A DNA stretch of 59,770 nucleotides from Candidatus Aenigmatarchaeota archaeon. GTDB lineage: Archaea > Aenigmatarchaeota > Aenigmatarchaeia > QMZP01. This document shows, one piece after another, positions 16,167 through 25,213 of the stretch. The DNA lies in assembly GCA_030670085.1 (NCBI GenBank), contig DAOVCJ010000003.1:1-59770 (forward strand), written 5' to 3'. Under the pieces are notes generated by a model, which was not told the origin of the DNA, searched no databases, and saw nothing but the letters and a program-made list of their open reading frames with translations. The translations under genes and the position numbers were made by a program. Position 1 is the stretch's first letter. Every line of letters begins with the position of its first letter.

Positions 16167-18569
16167 TTATAATCTTATCTTAATTTTGTCACCATACTCC
16201 AGATGCTCTATGTTGTGCGCCTCTATCATGTCTTTCTCTATCTTCCTGAACTTCTTCGGAAGGGTTGCCTTTTTGATCGGAGCCTTCAGGGACAAACCCT
16301 TGTCCTTCTTTGCCTTCCATATCCTGCTGTTGAGCTCGAGCAGTTCCTCTTTCTTGAAGCCTGTCCTTGCGATGCGCTTTTCTGGTTTCGGGAACTTCTG
16401 CTCCTCCACCATCTTCCCGAACAAATCCTTGTAGAGTTTATGGGTTATGAACGGGGTTATCGGAGCGAGCAGGAGGAGAATCTTTTCAAGAACCTCATTC
16501 AGGGTATGGATAGCAGCAGCCTGTTCGCCTTTTGTGAACTTTCTGTCCTGATTATAGGCCCTGGACTTAACAAGCTCCAGGTAATGAGAAGCGAAGGTTT
16601 CCCATATGAAGTGTTTCAAATCCGAGACAGGCCTGTGGAAATCAAAGTTCTCATAGGATTCTTTCGTATCTCTAACAATCCTGTTTATCTCCTTCAGTAT
16701 CCATCTATCCGTTTCTAGAAGCTTGGGTTTGCTTTTCCTGTTTCCCCTAAAGGTGGAGATAAATCTCGCGATGTTCCAGAGCTTTGTAAGGAATTTTGAT
16801 GCCCCCCCTATCCTTTCGTAGGAGCATCTCAGATCTGAAAGGGTTATGTTGCCTTCTAGGGCACACCATATCCTGAACGGTTCCGCTCCAAATCTCTTTA
16901 CAACATCCAATGGGTCTATAACGTTTCCCAGGGACTTGCTCATCTTGTTTCCCTTCTCATCCAGGACATGGTAGTGAATCCAGACGTTCTCAAATATGGG
17001 TTTTTTTGTCAGCTGGTAGGATCTCAGAAGTGTATAGTAAAGCCATGTTCTGACGATTTCTTTGCCCTGTGGTCTCAAAGAGCATGGTATTGATTTTTTG
17101 AAAAACCCGTTTCTCCTTCCGTATCCAAGTACGTAAAGAGGTGATATGGAGGAATCGAACCAGGTGTCAAAAACCCTTTCCTCACCTATGAAATCCTTTC
17201 CACCGCACTTGGGACATTTCTTTACAGGAGGATTCTCTTTCCAGGGTTTGTAATATCTTCCTTTAGGAGGAAGTATGGTCTCTCCGCATTTTTTGCAGTA
17301 CCAGAGAGGAATCTCTGTTGCATAGTATCTTCTCCTCGAGACTGCCCAGTCCATGGAGAGGGTATCTATCCAGTCAAGGAGTATCTGCTTTGATCTCTTT
17401 GAAAAGAATTTTATCCTGTCAGAAACCCTGACAATGCTCTTCTTCATGTTTAGCTGTTTCAGGTAATATTCAGAGATGGATACGAACTCTATGGGGTTTC
17501 TGCTTCTCTCACATACAGGGGTTCTGTGCATAACCTTCTGCTCCTTCTCTATAAGATCCTGTGACCTGAGGATATCTATCATCTTCTTCCTCGCATCCTC
17601 CACACTTAAACCTTGCAAGAATCCTGCATGCTCGTTCATTGTTCCATCCTGGTTTATCGCTACTATCGGCTTTAGCTTCATCTCCCTGAAGAACCTTATG
17701 TCTGTGTAGTCACCAAAAGAACACATCATTGCGAGACCAGAACCTGTTTCTATCTTTGCCGATGGATGCGGCATGATGGGAACCTCCTTTTCGTATATCG
17801 GAAGAATCGCATGCTTTCCCTTCAGATGCCTATACCTCTCATCATTCGGGTTGTAGATAACCATCGCACACGTACAGATGAGCTCTGGTCTCGTTGTCGC
17901 TATGATAACCGTTTCGCTTGTCTCCCTAACCTTCCATTTTACGTGTACGAAATCAGAGGGGATGTCCTTGTATTCTATCTCTGCATCAGCTATGGTTGTC
18001 CGGCAGCCAGGACAGTAGTTACTTATCTTCTTTGCCTGGTATATCATTCCCATCTTCCACAAATCAATAAAGGTTTCCTGCGTAGTCTTCCTGTAGGAAT
18101 CGGAATCTGTATAGTAAAGCTCACCAATCTCTTCACCATGCTTCCATGAGGTGTAGGAGTGACCGAGCTTGTAGAAGCTATCCAGGGATTCCAGACTTGA
18201 TTGCTCCAGAAGTTTCTTGCAAAGAGCAATGAATTTCTCCCTTGCTGTATTTTGTATTGAAACATTGAACTTCCTTTCCACAGCCATCTCTATGGGCAAC
18301 CCATTCCTGTCAAGCCCAAGGGGGAACAAAACATCGAATCCCTGCATGCGCTTGAACCTTGCGATGAAATCCATTATCGTGTATGTAACAGCCTGGCCTA
18401 TATGAACCGGAGCATCAACATACGGGGGCGGTGTGTCTATCGAAAAAACAGGCCTCCTTGTTTTGTGGTTGAATTGGAAAATTCCTTTCGCTCTCCAGGC
18501 TCTCCTTATGGGCTCCTCGAGTTCCTTGCTCCATCTTTTATCCTTTATTTTCGGTTTCATAGAAAACAT
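16167..18569 (-). CDS. valS: valyl-tRNA synthetase
   Basis: 800 aa. IDTPPPYV..HIGQ (HIGH-like), KMSKS, CP1 editing region, zinc-finger CxxC pairs. Confidence 0.8.
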   Translation of the reverse strand: MFSMKPKIKDKRWSKELEEPIRRAWRAKGIFQFNHKTRRPVFSIDTPPPYVDAPVHIGQAVTYTIMDFIARFKRMQGFDVLFPLGLDRNGLPIEMAVERKFNVSIQNTAREKFIALCKKLLEQSSLESLDSFYKLGHSYTSWKHGEEIGELYYTDSDSYRKTTQETFIDLWKMGMIYQAKKISNYCPGCRTTIADAEIEYKDIPSDFVHVKWKVRETSETVIIATTRPELICTCAMVIYNPNDERYRHLKGKHAILPIYEKEVPIMPHPSAKIETGSGLAMMCSFGDYTDIRFFREMKLKPIVAINQDGTMNEHAGFLQGLSVEDARKKMIDILRSQDLIEKEQKVMHRTPVCERSRNPIEFVSISEYYLKQLNMKKSIVRVSDRIKFFSKRSKQILLDWIDTLSMDWAVSRRRYYATEIPLWYCKKCGETILPPKGRYYKPWKENPPVKKCPKCGGKDFIGEERVFDTWFDSSISPLYVLGYGRRNGFFKKSIPCSLRPQGKEIVRTWLYYTLLRSYQLTKKPIFENVWIHYHVLDEKGNKMSKSLGNVIDPLDVVKRFGAEPFRIWCALEGNITLSDLRCSYERIGGASKFLTKLWNIARFISTFRGNRKSKPKLLETDRWILKEINRIVRDTKESYENFDFHRPVSDLKHFIWETFASHYLELVKSRAYNQDRKFTKGEQAAAIHTLNEVLEKILLLLAPITPFITHKLYKDLFGKMVEEQKFPKPEKRIARTGFKKEELLELNSRIWKAKKDKGLSLKAPIKKATLPKKFRKIEKDMIEAHNIEHLEYGDKIKIRL

Positions 18570-18572
18570 CCC

Positions 18573-20063
18573 TTAATACTCTCTTCCCACGTACACTACA
18601 CATGTTGCAGGCTTCCCGCAGATTATACATTTTCCCTTTGGCTTCTCAGCCTGGTCAAACCTCTTTCCCCTTATCTGTGCATGAAATCTGTCCTTTATCT
18701 TTTCTGCACATGGCAGTCCTTCTATGTCAATTGAGCAGAAGTCTATCTTCACAAAACCGCCTTTTTTCAGCTGTTCTCCAAGCTCTTTGAGGTCCCTAGC
18801 CTCCCTTATGTTCTTTCTCAGAAATCCCTCAGCCTCTGTCCTGAGCTTTTTGCTCATGTCCTTCCCTGCCCTCTCAACAGTTTTTAGGAGATTCTTCTCC
18901 AAGACTTTCTGTTTTCTTCCTGTGTCTCTTCTTACCAGGGTCACGCTTCTTGTTTTGAGTTCCTTTGGTCCTATCTCAATCCTTATTGGAACGCCCTTCA
19001 TCTCCCACTGGTTGAACTTCCATCCCGGCGTGTTCTCAGACAGGTCTATCCTTGTCCTTATCTTTCCCTTATCAAGTTTCTCGGTTATCTCCTTGCATTT
19101 CTTGGCAACCCGCTTCTCCTCACCCAAACCGGTTATGGGGATTATTATGACCTGCACAGGAGCGATTTCGTAGGGGAACCTCAAACCCTTGTCATCTCCG
19201 TGCATTGCAATGATCGATGCGAGCATTCTCCATATAGCAGGACCATAACAGGTCTGCCATGGATACTTCTCATTTTCATCTTTGTCCTTGAACTTTATCC
19301 TAAACCCCTTTGAGAAATTCTGTCCAAGAAGATGGGTTGATGGTTGCTGCAGGATCTTTCCATCTGGCATTAACGTATCTGCAACGTATGTATGAACCGC
19401 TCCAGGGAACTTGTCCCATTCAGGCCTCTGTAACTGAAGGAACGGTATACCGTAAATCTGGTGCATTACCTTTTCTGTTGTATCCATATCCTCCCTTACT
19501 TGGGCATCTGCCTCTTTCAGAGTGGCAAAAACATCATGACCCTCTATCCAGTGGAATTCTCTCCCGCGTATGAATGGTCTTGTGGCCTTGGTGTCACACC
19601 TCCATACCTGACATGACTGGTAGATTTTGAGGGGCAGATCCCTCCAGGACCTTATCCATTTAGCATACATTACATACATGGCTGTCTCCGATGTCGGTCT
19701 TAATGCCATCTTCTCTGTCAACTTTTCGTCTCCTGAATGGGTAATCCAGAAAAGCTCAGGGGCAAAACCCTCAACATGCTCTGCCTCCATCTTGAAGTTG
19801 CTCTCAGGTATCAGGGCAGGGAACCAGGCAGGCTGGTGTCCCTTTCTTTCGAGCTCATCCTCATAAAATCTATACATATTCTTCATTGTGAGAACAGACC
19901 AGGGCATATGAACAAGGAATCCCTTTACATTGTAACGGAGATCAGCAAGCTCTGTCTTGGCTATCACCTCGGAAAACCACTTGGAGAAATTCTTCTTTTT
20001 ATGCTTCATCCCGATATCTTCTCTCTTTATGTCCCCCCTTCGCTCGTTCGCTTTCTTTCCCAT
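18573..20063 (-). CDS. proS: prolyl-tRNA synthetase, archaeal/eukaryotic type
   Basis: Class II core, C-terminal Cys cluster, terminal ..GREY. The first ~18 aa may be upstream of the true start. Confidence 0.85.
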   Translation of the reverse strand: MGKKANERRGDIKREDIGMKHKKKNFSKWFSEVIAKTELADLRYNVKGFLVHMPWSVLTMKNMYRFYEDELERKGHQPAWFPALIPESNFKMEAEHVEGFAPELFWITHSGDEKLTEKMALRPTSETAMYVMYAKWIRSWRDLPLKIYQSCQVWRCDTKATRPFIRGREFHWIEGHDVFATLKEADAQVREDMDTTEKVMHQIYGIPFLQLQRPEWDKFPGAVHTYVADTLMPDGKILQQPSTHLLGQNFSKGFRIKFKDKDENEKYPWQTCYGPAIWRMLASIIAMHGDDKGLRFPYEIAPVQVIIIPITGLGEEKRVAKKCKEITEKLDKGKIRTRIDLSENTPGWKFNQWEMKGVPIRIEIGPKELKTRSVTLVRRDTGRKQKVLEKNLLKTVERAGKDMSKKLRTEAEGFLRKNIREARDLKELGEQLKKGGFVKIDFCSIDIEGLPCAEKIKDRFHAQIRGKRFDQAEKPKGKCIICGKPATCVVYVGREY

Positions 20064-20284
20064 ATCTCGCTCCTTATTTAATTTATGACAGAACTTATAT
20101 TTGTTGGTTAACTAGAAGTAGAAAAAGCAAGCCAGTGCAACTATTTGGGTGGCACTACCACTGGTACAGAAATCACATCTACAAAACCCTGGCTCTTGAG
20201 ATTATTCATGCCAACACCCTATAAAGTTATTATAAGCTTTTTATAAATTTTCCTTTTTTAAGTCGGGATTTGCTTTAATACAGT

Positions 20285-20902
20285 ATGCCAAGCGAAGTCG
20301 TAGCAAGGGGAGCAGAAGCTGTTCTCTACCTAGAGAAGCAAAAGTGGGAAACGATCCTGGTAAAGGAGAGAATAAAGAAGGGCTACAGAATTCCCGCGCT
20401 TGATGAAAAAATCAGGACAAAGAGGACCAGGAGGGAGGCAAAGCTCCTTTCAAGGGCAGCAAGGGCAGGAATTCTGGTCCCAAAGGTTTTGGGATTGGAA
20501 AACGAAAAAATAAGGATGGACTTCATCGAAGGGAAAACCGTCAAGGATTCCCTAAACGACCTGCCAGAAAAAGAGAGGGTTTGGGTTTGCGAAAGGATAG
20601 GAGAGATGGCTTCTTTCCTTCACAGGAACGGGATGGTGCATGGTGACCTGACAACATCAAACATGATAATCAAGGATAAAAAACTGTACCTTATAGACTT
20701 CGGGCTTGGGAAGTTTTCCCAAAAGGTCGAGGACCAAGCCGTGGATCTGTTTCTGTTATACGAAGCCCTCAAGGCAGCGCATTACAAGTATTTAAATGAG
20801 AGTTGGCAAAACATTTTAAAGATTTACAAACAAAATTACTCAAACGCCCCTGAAGTTTTGAAGAGGTTTGGAAAAATCTCACTTAGGAGGAGGTACAAAT
20901 AA
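20285..20902 (+). CDS. bud32: Bud32/PRPK-type atypical kinase (KEOPS subunit)
   Basis: 205 aa. RGAEA start, HGDLTTSNM, DFGL. Confidence 0.8.
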   Translation: MPSEVVARGAEAVLYLEKQKWETILVKERIKKGYRIPALDEKIRTKRTRREAKLLSRAARAGILVPKVLGLENEKIRMDFIEGKTVKDSLNDLPEKERVWVCERIGEMASFLHRNGMVHGDLTTSNMIIKDKKLYLIDFGLGKFSQKVEDQAVDLFLLYEALKAAHYKYLNESWQNILKIYKQNYSNAPEVLKRFGKISLRRRYK

Positions 20903-21621
20903 TGCCTGGAAGAGAAGCCAAAGGAAGCAGAAGAGGAAGCCAAGGAAGAGAAGCCAAGGAAAGAAGAGAAGAAAAAATCAGGGATTGGGTACCGAAAACC
21001 CAGCTCGGTAAGAGGGTTATGAATGGGGAATTCAAGACCATTTATGATGTTCTGAAATCAGGAGAACTTATTCTGGAGCCTGAAATAGTTGATTACCTTG
21101 TTCCTGACCTGAAGAATGAGGTAATTTACATCGGTGGTTCTCCTGGAAAGGGTGGTGGTATAAGGAGAACCGCAACCAAGAGAACGGTCAGGATGCACAA
21201 GTCAGGGAGAAGATTTAAGCTTACATCCGTGATTGTGGTTGGTAATGAGAACGGGATTATCGGAATTGCAAAAGCATCCGCAAAAGAACACAGGAATGCA
21301 ATGGAGAAAGCGTTGGAACAGGCCAAGACAAAGGTGATAAGGGTCAGGACAGGGTGCGGCTCCTGGGAATGCGGATGTGGTGGTAAGCATTCCATACCAT
21401 TCAAGACCACTGCAAAGATTGGTTCTGTTGAGGTTATTCTCTATCCTGCGCCAAAGGGCGTAGGTGTGGTTGCGTCAACAGCAGCAAAGAAGATTCTGAA
21501 GCTTGCGGGGATAAAGGACATCTGGGTCAAGACAAGGGGACAGACAGGTACAAGGGGAAACCTGGCCTTCACAACGTTTGAGGCCCTCAAGAACCTGAAC
21601 AGGGCAAAGGGTGATCTGTAA
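20902..21621 (+). CDS. rps5: 30S ribosomal protein S5 (uS5)
   Basis: 239 aa. Conserved S5 core and operon context rps5-rpl30-rpl15-secY. Confidence 0.85.
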   Translation: MPGREAKGSRRGSQGREAKERREEKIRDWVPKTQLGKRVMNGEFKTIYDVLKSGELILEPEIVDYLVPDLKNEVIYIGGSPGKGGGIRRTATKRTVRMHKSGRRFKLTSVIVVGNENGIIGIAKASAKEHRNAMEKALEQAKTKVIRVRTGCGSWECGCGGKHSIPFKTTAKIGSVEVILYPAPKGVGVVASTAAKKILKLAGIKDIWVKTRGQTGTRGNLAFTTFEALKNLNRAKGDL

Positions 21622-22046
21622 TGTTTGCTGTTATAAGAATCAGGGGTTCTGTAAAAACGGATAAAAGGATAGCTGATACCCTGAATATGCTCAGGTTGAA
21701 CAGAACCAACCATTGCGTATTGGTTCCTGAGAACCCAACCTTCGAGGGAATGCTCAAAAAGACAAAGAGTTGGTTAACATGGGGCCAGATAGACCCCTTA
21801 ACCCTGGAAAGGCTCGTTTTCAAGAGGGGGAGGCTGGGGGGAAACAAAAAGGTTGATCAGAAGGTTTCGAAAGAAATCGCGAAGAAAATAATCAAAAACC
21901 AGTCTCTGAACGGGTTGAAGATAAAACCAATCTTCAGGCTCTCTCCACCGTCTAAAGGTCATAAATCCGTCAAGCTTTCATACCCGAGGGGAGCCCTGGG
22001 TCCCAGGGGAGAGAAGATAAACGAACTGATAAAGAGGATGATATGA
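21621..22046 (+). CDS. rpl30: 50S ribosomal protein L30 (uL30)
   Basis: MFAVIRIRGSV....IADTL.MLRLNR.NHCVLV. Confidence 0.85.
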   Translation: MFAVIRIRGSVKTDKRIADTLNMLRLNRTNHCVLVPENPTFEGMLKKTKSWLTWGQIDPLTLERLVFKRGRLGGNKKVDQKVSKEIAKKIIKNQSLNGLKIKPIFRLSPPSKGHKSVKLSYPRGALGPRGEKINELIKRMI

Positions 22047-22576
22047 TGTTCTTCAGGAAAAAACCCAAATCTGGTAAATTCGTAGCAATGCCAATAAATA
22101 TGAGTTTCCCAGGTCTTAAACCAGAAGAGATTAAAGAAGCCTTGAAAACTGTAGATGGTTTAAAAATTCCAGAGAATTCTAAGGCAAAGGGAGGCAGATA
22201 TCTCTTTGATTTCAATAAAATTAAAGAACACTTACCGGAGAAGAAAAAGCCTAGTCTTAAAGAATATTTTTGGTTGGCTGATTTGGGTGTGTCACTCCTC
22301 CTAGACCCTGAAAGAAATTATACCACTCCCTTGCAACTTTTTGAGGAAAATCCCCCGTTTTTTACACTAGAAAATAAAAGAGTAATGATTCCCGAAAATA
22401 TCCTTTTTGACGAAATCTATGATGGATTCTGTAAAGAAGAATTGGAAAAATATGTAACAAAAGGAGATATTGTTGATGGTTACATGAGGGCTTCACGTTT
22501 TTTATTTGTTCCATTCTTAGCAAGAGCTATAAATAAAGGATTCGTGGAGGGAACATATATAGATATTATAGGATGA
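22043..22576 (+). CDS. hypothetical protein inserted in the r-protein operon
   Basis: 177-aa ORF, visibly AT-richer than flanking r-protein genes. No motif recognised. Confidence 0.45.
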   Translation: MMFFRKKPKSGKFVAMPINMSFPGLKPEEIKEALKTVDGLKIPENSKAKGGRYLFDFNKIKEHLPEKKKPSLKEYFWLADLGVSLLLDPERNYTTPLQLFEENPPFFTLENKRVMIPENILFDEIYDGFCKEELEKYVTKGDIVDGYMRASRFLFVPFLARAINKGFVEGTYIDIIG

Positions 22577-22580
22577 TATA

Positions 22581-23006
22581 ATGGATTGGAATAAATTTGA
22601 CAAGGGCGTGTTTTTGGTGAATTGTCTGGGTATTGTCTATAACCCCGAAACCAAAAAAATCCTTATAGGAAGGAGGGAGAACGACCCGCATATCGAGAAG
22701 TTAACCTGGTGCTTCCCAGGGGGCAGGCCTGGTTATGAAGAAGATATCGAGTATTATCTGAAAACAGAGATTGAAAGGAAGACGGGATTAAGGACGGGGG
22801 ATGGAAAGATTATTTTTGCAAAGACCTATCCAGAAAAAAGGGAATTCTTGTCGATTTATTATTTTGTTACTTCAAACAGCTCAGAGGCAGAAGCAAAAGA
22901 AAAATTTGTCGAGGTCAAGTGGATAAAACCAAGTGAGGTCACAAAGTATTTCACCACATCGCTCCATCCCAAGGTTCTGGAGTTTCTTAAAGATTTGGAG
23001 AGGTAG
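22581..23006 (+). CDS. NUDIX-family hydrolase
   Basis: 141 aa, Nudix-box-like GGRPGYEEDIEYYLKTEIERKTGL (partly degenerate). Confidence 0.6.
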   Translation: MDWNKFDKGVFLVNCLGIVYNPETKKILIGRRENDPHIEKLTWCFPGGRPGYEEDIEYYLKTEIERKTGLRTGDGKIIFAKTYPEKREFLSIYYFVTSNSSEAEAKEKFVEVKWIKPSEVTKYFTTSLHPKVLEFLKDLER

Positions 23007-23008
23007 TA

Positions 23009-23413
23009 ATGATTAAGAAAAAAAAGAAAATTGTTAAGCAGAGAGGACACAGAACCCATGGCTGGGGTTCGCAGAAGAAGCATAGAGGAGGCGGGTCCAG
23101 GGGCGGCCGTGGAAGGGGAGGAGTAGAGAAACAGAAGAAGATCTGGCTGTTGAAAAGAGGAGAAAAACTAGGAAAGCGTGGTTTCAAGTCCCTCAAGCAG
23201 AGGGGATTAAAGTCAAGGGAGCGAGAGATAAACCTGAGGGATGTGGAAAAGCTTGCCGGAAACAAAAAGGAGATAAACCTGAGGGATTATGGTTATGAGA
23301 GGGTTTTGGGTTCCGGAGAGATCAAAAAACCCCTGAAGATCAAGGCAAAACATTTCTCAGCAAAGGCAAAGGATAAGATAAAAAAGGTTAAGGGAGAAGC
23401 TATAAATGTTTGA
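23009..23413 (+). CDS. rpl15: 50S ribosomal protein L15 (uL15)
   Basis: Gly/Arg-rich N-terminus RGHRTHGWGSQKKHRGGGSRGGRGRGG. Confidence 0.85.
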   Translation: MIKKKKKIVKQRGHRTHGWGSQKKHRGGGSRGGRGRGGVEKQKKIWLLKRGEKLGKRGFKSLKQRGLKSREREINLRDVEKLAGNKKEINLRDYGYERVLGSGEIKKPLKIKAKHFSAKAKDKIKKVKGEAINV

Positions 23414-23549
23414 TAGAAAACTCAGATGCCCGAAATGCAACTCAGAGCGCGTGAGTTTATGGATGGGGGCAAAGCTGGGAATCCAATATTTTTGCAAGGA
23501 ATGCGGCTACAGGGGTCCCCTGGTCATTGAAGAAGAGTCTGAAGAATAA
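23406..23549 (+). CDS. 47-aa zinc-ribbon micro-protein
   Basis: MFDRKLRCPKCNSE...FCKECGY. Overlaps the rpl15 stop by 8 nt. Below the ORF-track cut-off. Confidence 0.4.
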   Translation: MFDRKLRCPKCNSERVSLWMGAKLGIQYFCKECGYRGPLVIEEESEE

Positions 23550-23554
23550 AAACT

Positions 23555-23567
23555 ATTTTTAATAAAG
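23555..23567 (+). promoter_or_regulatory. TATA-like box upstream of the secY leader
   Basis: ATTTTTAATAAAG lies ~30 nt before the leader hairpin. Confidence 0.35.
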
Positions 23568-23595
23568 TAAGGCAATTATATTGTAACAAGCGTGT

Positions 23596-23625
23596 GACGG
23601 CTTGGATAAATTGATTCAAGCCGTC
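23596..23625 (+). repeat. CTTGG-hairpin copy in the secY 5' leader
   Basis: GACGGCTTG-GATAAATTGATT-CAAGCCGTC, a perfect 9-bp stem 24 nt upstream of the secY ATG. Confidence 0.8.
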
Positions 23626-23649
23626 TATCAAGGGGATAAAGGGGAGAAC

Positions 23650-25200
23650 ATGGGATTAGAGGAAGGTTACATAGCGTTTTTGAAGAGGATACCCGGGATT
23701 GCGGAACCAGTGACGAGACTGACCTTTAAATCCAAGCTTAAATGGACAGGGCTCATACTGCTTATCTACTTTGCAATGACCCAGATACATGTGTTTGGAA
23801 TTCCTGCAGAATTCGAGAGCCAATTCCAGCTCTGGGAAACCCTTCTGGGATCAAGTTTCGGAACCCTTATGACCCTTGGTATCGGGCCCATAGTCACAGC
23901 GTCCATTATCCTGCAGCTTCTTGTTGGTTCCAAGATTATTCCATGGGATTTGACCACGGAGAGTGGAAGGGTTCTTTTCCAGGGCACGCAAAAGTTTGCA
24001 GCAATGGCTTTATGCTTCTTTGAAGCTGGGATATTCGTTCTTATGGGAGCTGTCCCAGCTGCTACCCCCGGCCTGATATGGATAGTTATCCTGCAGATTG
24101 CGATTGGTGGTGTTCTCGTCATATTCATGGATGAGCTTATATCGAAATGGGGATTCGGGTCAGGTGTTGGCCTGTTCATTGTGGCCGGTGTGTCTAAAAC
24201 CATCATACTCAGGGCATTCAACCCATTGACCCAGACTGGTGGGCTGCCTAGTCCTGGAGCTGGGCCAGTAGGAATACTTCCCTTTGCAGTTACTGCAATC
24301 GGTGCTGGGGAGATTGCAAACGCGCTGTTATCCATGCTTCCAATAGTAGCCACTGTAATCGTGTTTTTTCTGGTTGTTTACACCAATGCTATCAAGGTTG
24401 AGATTCCTCTGGCATTTGGGTCAATAAGGGGATTCGGGAGGAGATGGCCCCTGAAGTTCTTTTACACCTCAGTCATACCTGTCATTCTAATAGCTGCACT
24501 CCTTGCGAATGTCCAGCTGATGGGAAGGATGCTTGCTGAAAGGGGAATACCGTGGCTGGGGACGTTTGATAGCCATGGGGTCCCGACAGGTGGTCTGGTC
24601 TATCTGCTTTCGCCACCGAGCATAGGAACTGCTGCAGGCATGTCTCTGTCCATTCTCTTGATAACCATGGGTATATTCGCCCTGCTTGGGGCTATTCTGG
24701 CGTATTTCACAAAGAGGACTGGATGGAAGCTCGTTATCGGTTTTGCTGCCATTGGGGGTGTAATAGAATTATTGATAGTATCGAGTCTGGGTATAACCGC
24801 ATTTGCAAGCATAGCCATGATTGACCTTTTAAGGTTCGGGACCTATGCCGCGTTCATGATTATCGGGGCTGTCGTATTCTCAGTTTTCTGGGTAGCTACA
24901 GCAGGAATGGATGCGAAAGCAGTAGCGAATCAGATACAGTCCACTGGCATGCAGATCCCTGGGTACAGGAGGGATGTCAGGATTATAGAAAGGGTCCTGA
25001 ACAGGTACATACCCGGCCTAGCGATCCTGGGCGGGGCCGCTGTTGGGTTCCTGGCAGCGTACGCAGACTTCACAGGAACGCTGGGAACAGGAACCGGAAT
25101 CCTTCTGGCCACGCTTATCATTTACAATCTTTATGAGGAGCTTGCAATGCAGCACATGGAAGACATGCATCCTGCTGTGAGAAAGCTCCTGGGTAAATAG
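23650..25200 (+). CDS. secY: preprotein translocase subunit SecY/Sec61-alpha
   Basis: 10-TM profile. Conserved N-terminus starts from ATG 23650 after a GGGGAG SD-like motif. The track start (TTG 23602) would translate the hairpin. Confidence 0.9.
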   Translation: MGLEEGYIAFLKRIPGIAEPVTRLTFKSKLKWTGLILLIYFAMTQIHVFGIPAEFESQFQLWETLLGSSFGTLMTLGIGPIVTASIILQLLVGSKIIPWDLTTESGRVLFQGTQKFAAMALCFFEAGIFVLMGAVPAATPGLIWIVILQIAIGGVLVIFMDELISKWGFGSGVGLFIVAGVSKTIILRAFNPLTQTGGLPSPGAGPVGILPFAVTAIGAGEIANALLSMLPIVATVIVFFLVVYTNAIKVEIPLAFGSIRGFGRRWPLKFFYTSVIPVILIAALLANVQLMGRMLAERGIPWLGTFDSHGVPTGGLVYLLSPPSIGTAAGMSLSILLITMGIFALLGAILAYFTKRTGWKLVIGFAAIGGVIELLIVSSLGITAFASIAMIDLLRFGTYAAFMIIGAVVFSVFWVATAGMDAKAVANQIQSTGMQIPGYRRDVRIIERVLNRYIPGLAILGGAAVGFLAAYADFTGTLGTGTGILLATLIIYNLYEELAMQHMEDMHPAVRKLLGK

Positions 25201-25213
25201 AGGAGGTGAAAAT

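Noticed and set aside
20064-20284. The 220-nt gap between proS and bud32, with a CCAGTG...CACTGG inverted repeat, could hold a small RNA gene.
   Set aside because: No tRNA-like, C/D-box or family-hairpin features could be identified. It more likely contains the divergent promoters (TATA-like TTTTTATAAATT near 20238-20250).
23602-23649. The TTG-initiated N-terminal extension of SecY (MDKLIQAVYQGDKGEN).
   Set aside because: It translates the hairpin itself. ATG 23650 is preceded by an SD-like GGGGAG and gives a typical SecY N-terminus.
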